Shown here: positions 58,530-64,000 of the stretch, piece by piece
Numbering within the stretch: position 1 is the stretch's first letter
How the letters are laid out: each line of letters begins with the position of its first letter
Source of the DNA: an uncultured Pseudomonadales bacterium
GTDB lineage: Bacteria > Patescibacteriota > Microgenomatia > UBA1400 > UBA1396
Direction: 5' to 3'
Length of the DNA: 64,000 nt
Assembly (NCBI GenBank): GCA_964603945.1
Contig: CAZRWP010000001.1
Span: 184,547-248,546, forward strand
Made by a program: the position numbers and the translations under genes
Notes under the pieces: model-generated
Told to the model about the DNA's origin: nothing
The model's input: the letters and a program-made list of their open reading frames with translations, nothing else
The model's database searches: none

Positions 58530-59735
58530 TTAAAGTTTTTGTTCTATCACTTCCCAAAGCTCTGTTTGTTCACCTTCATAACCTAAAGCCCAAATCGCAA
58601 TCCCTCTTAATCCAAGCTGGCTGACAAGATCTAACTTGTAAGACAATGAGCGAGGATTGTCATAGTAGATAATCTTCTTCTGACCGCCATCGTTGTACAC
58701 TACAAATGGTGAAAGTGCCGCCGAATCCCAGCCTTCCTCTACTTCCACTTCATCATCACTGAGTAACTCCTGAACTCTTTTATAAGTGGCCGTAACACCA
58801 GAATCCGGATAGGTCGTGGCCCCTGGTTCACCTTGAGTGACCTGCCATTCATAACCATAGAACGGAACGCCTAACAAGATTTTTTCCGGTGGCACGTAGG
58901 AAAGAAAGTCGCGGATGTTGCTCGTAATGTCATCTTGGTAGCGGCCGGTTTCTTTGCCAAACAGCGGCGCCACCGGCCCCGCCATCTGCGACGACCGGAC
59001 ATGATAGTCATAACTCATTATTATTAAGCGGTCTAGGTGCGGAGCGAGCTGGGCAATATCCCAGAAATCAGTATCTTTGCTGGCTGCCGTGCCAAAAACC
59101 GCCACACTTAACAGAATGTTTGGATCAATGGCGTCCAGTTCTTCGCGCAATCCCTTAACTAGCTCTACATAACCAGCCTGTACTGACGGCGAGGTTGCAC
59201 CAGCCAGTTCAAAATCTAGCTGCAAACCATCAAATGGATAACTAATTAGCAGTTGGCTGATATTGGCTCTAAACTGCTGACGCGAATTCGGATTGGTAAC
59301 TAAAGACGCAATATCATCATTGCTGGTACCCACGATTGTAATATGGACTTTGCGACCGGCGGCTTTCTGGGTAACAAGCCAATCGGTAAACTCCGTGGAC
59401 TGCATTCGGGCGTAACCTGTTTCCAACACTCCGGACTGTCTTTCAACTAATTTACCCTGCTCATCAAATAAGACGGAAAAATAAGCGACATCAGTTGCGC
59501 CGTCCGGAATGACCGCGTCTTTCATGGTCCAATATGGCAAAAAACCAAAAACTTCCGCGTTGGCGATTGGTTTGGGTGAGGAAAATATTTGCAGATAACT
59601 AAAACCTGTTAAGCCTGAAAAAAGTTTATCCTGGCTTAACGGCTCCCAATAAAAACGCAAAAAGGCCAGGTAACTGCCACCAATGACAATAAATAGCAAA
59701 AAGCCGAAAAATAACCATTTGAACAGGCGCCACAT
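58530..59735 (-). CDS. glycoside hydrolase family 18 protein, membrane-anchored
   Basis: FDGLQLDFE, IMSYDYH, KILLGVPFYG, GIAIWALG; ATG at 59735 6 nt after TACAAT. Confidence 0.9.
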   Translation of the reverse strand: MWRLFKWLFFGFLLFIVIGGSYLAFLRFYWEPLSQDKLFSGLTGFSYLQIFSSPKPIANAEVFGFLPYWTMKDAVIPDGATDVAYFSVLFDEQGKLVERQSGVLETGYARMQSTEFTDWLVTQKAAGRKVHITIVGTSNDDIASLVTNPNSRQQFRANISQLLISYPFDGLQLDFELAGATSPSVQAGYVELVKGLREELDAIDPNILLSVAVFGTAASKDTDFWDIAQLAPHLDRLIIMSYDYHVRSSQMAGPVAPLFGKETGRYQDDITSNIRDFLSYVPPEKILLGVPFYGYEWQVTQGEPGATTYPDSGVTATYKRVQELLSDDEVEVEEGWDSAALSPFVVYNDGGQKKIIYYDNPRSLSYKLDLVSQLGLRGIAIWALGYEGEQTELWEVIEQKL

Positions 59736-59835
59736 AAGCCTATTGTACGTTCTTAATGAAGAAATCCGAAAGAAAACAAGGTAATATCCCAAAATCAGGT
59801 CAAATTAATTAAGCATTAGAAACACTAAATGGCAA

Positions 59836-60084
59836 TTACTTGGCTGAAGCAGCTTCGAGCGCTTTAGTCAGGTTGGACTTGCGGCGAGCAGCGGTTCGGG
59901 CGTGAATAATGTTACCCTTGGCAGCCCGGTCAATCCGGCTGAAAGCCTTGGCTAAATTTTCTGGCGTTGGGCTTTCCTGAAAGCGCTTGATAGCAGTTTT
60001 CATCTGGGAGCGCACGCGCTGATTAGCCTCGAAATGGCTTTGTGAGGTTCTTAGAGCTTTTTTAGCTGAAGATGTGATTGGCAT
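59836..60084 (-). CDS. rpsT: 30S ribosomal protein S20
   Basis: MPITSSAKKALR, IDRAAKGNIIHARTAARRKS. Confidence 0.96.
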   Translation of the reverse strand: MPITSSAKKALRTSQSHFEANQRVRSQMKTAIKRFQESPTPENLAKAFSRIDRAAKGNIIHARTAARRKSNLTKALEAASAK

Positions 60085-60163
60085 AGAGACACGAATTATA
60101 ACACAACTTTGCTTTAGTCTCGATCTGGACGTTAGGCATTAGTTGAGCCATACTACCTGACAG

Positions 60164-61834
60164 ATGCAAGCAATTACACGGTGGTTTCGCAAACAGAGTG
60201 GCTGGCTGGAATCTCAGCAAGCTTCGATTTTGTCAGCCGCCTTCATTATTTTTATCGCCAATATTGCTTCCGCCGGTTTTGGCCTGATAAAAAACCGCGT
60301 TATATCGGCGTATTACGTAAATCCTGACTACGGAAATCTACTGGACGCTTACTGGGTGGCATTTAGATTGCCTGAGTTTGTCTATCAACTGATCATTTTG
60401 GGCACCTTGTCGGCGGCATTTGTTCCAATTTTTACCAAGATGTATCAAAAAGATGACGAAGAAGCTTATAGCTTAACGCGTCAAGTAATGCTGATTCTGC
60501 TGATGTTGTTTTTAGCTGGCGGTTTGATAATTTTCCTGTTTGCTCCGCAATTTATTCAGCTTTTAACCGGGCCGGAATTTACTTTGGCGCAAATGGAAAT
60601 GGCTGTCTCCATGACCAGAATTATGCTTTTGGCTCAGTTTTTCTTTGCTGTATCTGGATTTTTCTCGGCGATGCTCCAAAGCTTGAAGCGTTTTATTCTG
60701 CCTGCTTTTAGTCCCATTTTCTATAATATCGGCATAATTTTATCGATCGTATTTTTCTCTGAAGAACTTGGCTTATATGCCGCCGCTTGGGGAACCGTTA
60801 TGGGAGCGGCCATGCACATGCTAATTCAAGTTCCACTAATTAAAAAAGTCGGCTTTAATTTATTTGGCTCTTTAGATTGGAGCAAAAAGCGTTTAAAAGA
60901 AGTCCTGCTGTTGGCCGGTCCCAGAACCGCCACCATCGGTATCGAACAAATGTCCGGCTTTGCCATTACTTTTTTTGCTACCGCCATTGGCGGCATCAGC
61001 TTGACTCTGATAACTTTTGCTCAATCTTTAATGACACTGCCAATTCGATTTTTCGGCGTGTCCATTGGGCAAGCCTCACTTCCATTTTTATCGGCATCAC
61101 AAGATGACATAACTGGCTTCCGCCGTATGGTCTTCCGCTCCCTGCGCCAAATCACCTTTTTTGCCGCGCCAGGGGCGGTCATGCTGTTGGTGCTCCGCGT
61201 TGCCCTCACTCGCCTGGCTTTTGGCGTAGGTGAGTTCCCCTGGCGCGCTACCTTAGTCACCGCCGAAGCGCTAGGAATCCTGGCTTTGTCGATTCCGGCT
61301 CAAGCGGCCACTCATTTACTGGTCCGCGCTTTTTACGCGCTTAACAATACCGTTATTCCGTTTTTGTCGTCACTCTTTTACTTCATAATTAATATCCTGT
61401 TTGGTTGGTACTTTGTTATTCAACTAGATTTGGGCGTTAAAGGTTTGGCGATTGCCCTGACTCTTGCTTCTGTCTCCGAGGTAATTGTGGTCTTTATTTT
61501 GCTTTTGCACCGGATCGGCTTGGAAAGCATTTGGAGTTTAGTTTCTTCCTTACTGAGAATTGCTATGGCCGCTTTTCTTATGTCGATCACCTTGTTTGTC
61601 CTTCAGCGATTGTTTGACTTATACGTCTTTGAGACCTCCCTTGTTTGGGAACTGATCAAACTGACGCTGGTCGTCGGCACCGCTGGCACCGCCGTTTACC
61701 TTGGCTTTTGCTGGCTCCTTAAGATTGAAGAGTTAACTATTCTCAAACAGATTTATAAGAAGTTAGCCTCGCAGTGGACCAAGTCTGTTAGCTCCACACC
61801 TGAATTTGTTGAGAGCGTCAGCCAGCAGGATTAA
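60164..61834 (+). CDS. murJ: lipid II flippase MurJ (MviN)
   Basis: DAYWVAFRLPE, GTLSAAFVP, RAFYAL..T..P, many TM helices. Confidence 0.93.
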   Translation: MQAITRWFRKQSGWLESQQASILSAAFIIFIANIASAGFGLIKNRVISAYYVNPDYGNLLDAYWVAFRLPEFVYQLIILGTLSAAFVPIFTKMYQKDDEEAYSLTRQVMLILLMLFLAGGLIIFLFAPQFIQLLTGPEFTLAQMEMAVSMTRIMLLAQFFFAVSGFFSAMLQSLKRFILPAFSPIFYNIGIILSIVFFSEELGLYAAAWGTVMGAAMHMLIQVPLIKKVGFNLFGSLDWSKKRLKEVLLLAGPRTATIGIEQMSGFAITFFATAIGGISLTLITFAQSLMTLPIRFFGVSIGQASLPFLSASQDDITGFRRMVFRSLRQITFFAAPGAVMLLVLRVALTRLAFGVGEFPWRATLVTAEALGILALSIPAQAATHLLVRAFYALNNTVIPFLSSLFYFIINILFGWYFVIQLDLGVKGLAIALTLASVSEVIVVFILLLHRIGLESIWSLVSSLLRIAMAAFLMSITLFVLQRLFDLYVFETSLVWELIKLTLVVGTAGTAVYLGFCWLLKIEELTILKQIYKKLASQWTKSVSSTPEFVESVSQQD

Positions 61835-61847
61835 TTTTTTACTTGCT

Positions 61848-61935
61848 GAAGGATCATCCTTGCCCCACCTCTTGCCTGGAAGGATCATCCTAGGATGATC
61901 CTTCTTGAGGAAACTGCGGGCAAGGATGATCCTTC
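61848..61935 (+). repeat. 88-bp nested-palindrome REP-like element, copy 3
   Basis: Near-identical to copy 2; 13 nt after the murJ stop. Confidence 0.92.
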
Positions 61936-61948
61936 ATTTTGCACCACG

Positions 61949-61977
61949 AAAAAGCCCCCGACTAGCGAGGGCTTTTT
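61949..61977. terminator. bidirectional intrinsic terminator between murJ and the pilin genes
   Basis: AAAAAGCCC...GGGCTTTTT. Confidence 0.7.
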
Positions 61978-61993
61978 AGATTCTAAATTTAGG

Positions 61994-62386
61994 TTAGCGC
62001 TCGAGACCGATACCGCCAGCCACTTCTTCAAGATTAATACCGAAGAATTGGAGAATCAGGTTGAAGATAGCCCATGAGGCAATCACAATCAGCAAACCAA
62101 TTAAGGCAGAAGTAATCTTGTTGCGGGCACTTTCGGTTTTACCCTTATCGCCACCTGAGGTCAGCCATTGGAAGCCACCCAGAATTAGATAAAGCAAAAC
62201 AGCCAGAGCGGAAAGCAAGATAGCACCATTAATTAATGAGGCAATTAAGCCAGCCATTGTTAAGTTGCCACCAGCCTGAATTTCGTCTGGATCTGGCAGA
62301 ATGTCATAAGTTTGGGCTCGAACTTCGCCAACTGCCAAAGACAGTGCCGTGACAGCTGAGGCTAAACCAACAGTCAATTTTTTCAT
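61994..62386 (-). CDS. VirB2/TrbC-like (CPR) pilin
   Basis: Signal peptide plus two TM helices around GGFQWLTSGGDKGKTESARNKITSALIG. Confidence 0.85.
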   Translation of the reverse strand: MKKLTVGLASAVTALSLAVGEVRAQTYDILPDPDEIQAGGNLTMAGLIASLINGAILLSALAVLLYLILGGFQWLTSGGDKGKTESARNKITSALIGLLIVIASWAIFNLILQFFGINLEEVAGGIGLER

Positions 62387-62473
62387 TATTAGCTCCTTTT
62401 CTTTTTTCCTTCACTATTATATCATTTTTGCCCAGGCAGAGTTGAATTGCAAGCGGTATTCCATTTCCTCAGT

Positions 62474-63037
62474 TTAACAACTGCTAAAATCATACTGAGG
62501 CAGTTCTTCTCCAGATATACATTCACAAGGCTCCCAGTGGTTATAATTAAACCCTGAAACCCCTTCGCCTGGTCCAAAGCATTTCATTTTTGCCGCCCCG
62601 CCATTGGAGCAATAACCTCCACGGCCGCCATCAGATCCAGTCTGATAAGGTGTGCAAACCGCACCACCGCCCCCACTTCCGCTGCCACCGCTGCCTCCAC
62701 CACCTCCGCTGCTGCCCTGGCCCAAGTTTACATCCAGTAAATTCAGCACAAAGGTGTACAGGGTATAAATAAAGACTAAGATCACAAAGCCAATCAAGGC
62801 TTGAACAATTTTATTTCGAGCGGACTCGAGTTTTCCCTTGTCGCCGCCGGAAGTTATCCAGTTAATCGCACCCAGAATTAGGTATACGAGTAAAATCAGA
62901 GCCCCGACTAGAATTGCCCCTTCAATCAACGTGATAATCAGCTGAGTCATGCTGGAACCAGCTAAGCTTTCACCTTGAGGTATATTTTCCAAGTTGCCCT
63001 GGATATCAATTGTTGTTGTTCCTTGAAGTAACCACAT
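62474..63037 (-). CDS. VirB2/TrbC-like pilin with a Gly linker and Cys-rich C-terminal domain
   Basis: GAINWITSGGDKGKLESARNKIVQALIG; GGGGSGG linker; Cys-rich tail. Confidence 0.85.
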   Translation of the reverse strand: MWLLQGTTTIDIQGNLENIPQGESLAGSSMTQLIITLIEGAILVGALILLVYLILGAINWITSGGDKGKLESARNKIVQALIGFVILVFIYTLYTFVLNLLDVNLGQGSSGGGGGSGGSGSGGGGAVCTPYQTGSDGGRGGYCSNGGAAKMKCFGPGEGVSGFNYNHWEPCECISGEELPQYDFSSC

Positions 63038-63052
63038 AGTTATCTTTTCTCA

Positions 63053-63559
63053 TTAATTCCAAAATTCTTCTGCTTCTTTAATTTTCTGTTGTTGCTGCTT
63101 AATTTTTTCCTCTGCGTCCTTTTCTGCATTCTTTTGAGCATTCTTCATAAATTGAGAATACCAACTTGGCTTGCCGGTGCTTGATTCTTCACTTAACTGA
63201 TTAATAAACTCGACCTTCAGCAGATCAATTCCAAACAAAGTTGGCCCAATCCATTGCAAGATGGTTACGGAGAATACTAGTAAAGCAAAGCCAATAAAAG
63301 CCTGAATTATGCGTTGCTGGGCTTTTTCGATTTTACCCTTGTCGCCGCCAGCAGTAATCCAGTTGATCGCGCCCAGAATAAAATAGATTAGTACCGCTAA
63401 GCCACCTAAGGCAACAGCTGAGGTTATGGCAATCGCAATGTATTTGCCTAAGATTTCAGCACCGACTTGGCCACTATCACCATTGGCCTCCGGCAGACCT
63501 TTAACGGCCGGATTCGTCAACCCTGGCTGACTGACTGCTTGAGCAATTAGATTAAGCAT
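63053..63559 (-). CDS. VirB2/TrbC-like pilin with a charged tail
   Basis: GAINWITAGGDKGKIEKAQQRIIQAFIG. Confidence 0.85.
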   Translation of the reverse strand: MLNLIAQAVSQPGLTNPAVKGLPEANGDSGQVGAEILGKYIAIAITSAVALGGLAVLIYFILGAINWITAGGDKGKIEKAQQRIIQAFIGFALLVFSVTILQWIGPTLFGIDLLKVEFINQLSEESSTGKPSWYSQFMKNAQKNAEKDAEEKIKQQQQKIKEAEEFWN

Positions 63560-63560
63560 A

Positions 63561-63953
63561 TTAATTTGCCCCTCGGTTACTTAAAATTTCCAGGAATGGC
63601 TCAGCAGGATTTAACAGCTCAATGCCAAACACGCCGCCTACAATTCCGACAATACCAATCGTCACGATCATGATCAGCAAACCAATGGCCGCGTTGATCA
63701 TGCGGTTTTGGGCTTTTTCCACGCCACCCTTGTCCGTACCAGCACGTAGCCAGTCAAATGCGGCAATAAGAAAGTAAATCACAAAAAAGAGACCACCTAG
63801 GACGGTTAAAAAACCGATAATCAAAGATATTTCAGAGGTTAAAAGGGCAACGGCATTTTCTTCTGACTCGGCGTAAAGTTCAGTCTGCTGACCAATCACG
63901 CCAGCGCCTTTGATTGGGCCTTCGCCTAACTGTAATTCTTCAGCTATCAACAT
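63561..63953 (-). CDS. VirB2/TrbC-like pilin
   Basis: AAFDWLRAGTDKGGVEKAQNRMINAAIG. Confidence 0.85.
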   Translation of the reverse strand: MLIAEELQLGEGPIKGAGVIGQQTELYAESEENAVALLTSEISLIIGFLTVLGGLFFVIYFLIAAFDWLRAGTDKGGVEKAQNRMINAAIGLLIMIVTIGIVGIVGGVFGIELLNPAEPFLEILSNRGAN

Positions 63954-63955
63954 AT

Positions 63956-64000
63956 TTAATTCCCCGGTCCTACAATGGTTGGTCGCAGTAAGGACATAGT
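63956..64000 (-). CDS. 3' end of an upstream gene (probably another pilin), cut by the window edge
   Basis: ...TMSLLRPTIVGPGN* ends 2 nt before the next ATG. Confidence 0.5.
   Translation of the reverse strand, partial: TMSLLRPTIVGPGN

Overview
Bacterial chromosomal window (code 11), most likely from a Patescibacteria (CPR, Microgenomates-like) genome. The basis is inference: no rpmD between rpsE and rplO, a tandem array of VirB2/TrbC-like pilins, DUF2341/LamG and Cys-rich surface proteins, and a compact gene order. The core is the minus-strand groESL-rpoBC-str-S10-spc-alpha-rplM/rpsI cluster (13.4-43.8 kb). It is flanked by cysS, recR/ybaB/dnaX, a NUDIX gene, tRNA-Cys, ddl, ldh, cmk, PBP1A, a GH18 gene, rpsT, murJ and at least five pilin-like genes. 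A mosaic island (about 46.7-53.7 kb) interleaves GC-rich ICE-type fragments (tyrosine recombinase, coupling-protein fragment, pseudogenes) with a four-module LamG gene, an HTH gene and a Phd/MazG pair. Most notable observations: (1) each LamG core has mirror-symmetric G/T-rich and C/A-rich flanks, suggesting cassette-type diversification; (2) a family of 88-bp nested-palindrome REP-like elements plus a sister variant; (3) two A9 runs in dnaX, each followed by a -1-frame stop (tau/gamma recoding); (4) a duplicated tRNA-Cys 3' end fused to a double hairpin; (5) many apparently leaderless genes; (6) Lys/Ala-rich or acidic tails on several ribosomal proteins; (7) a CysRS that seems to lack its anticodon-binding domain. 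All family assignments come from reading motifs by eye; no database searches were run.
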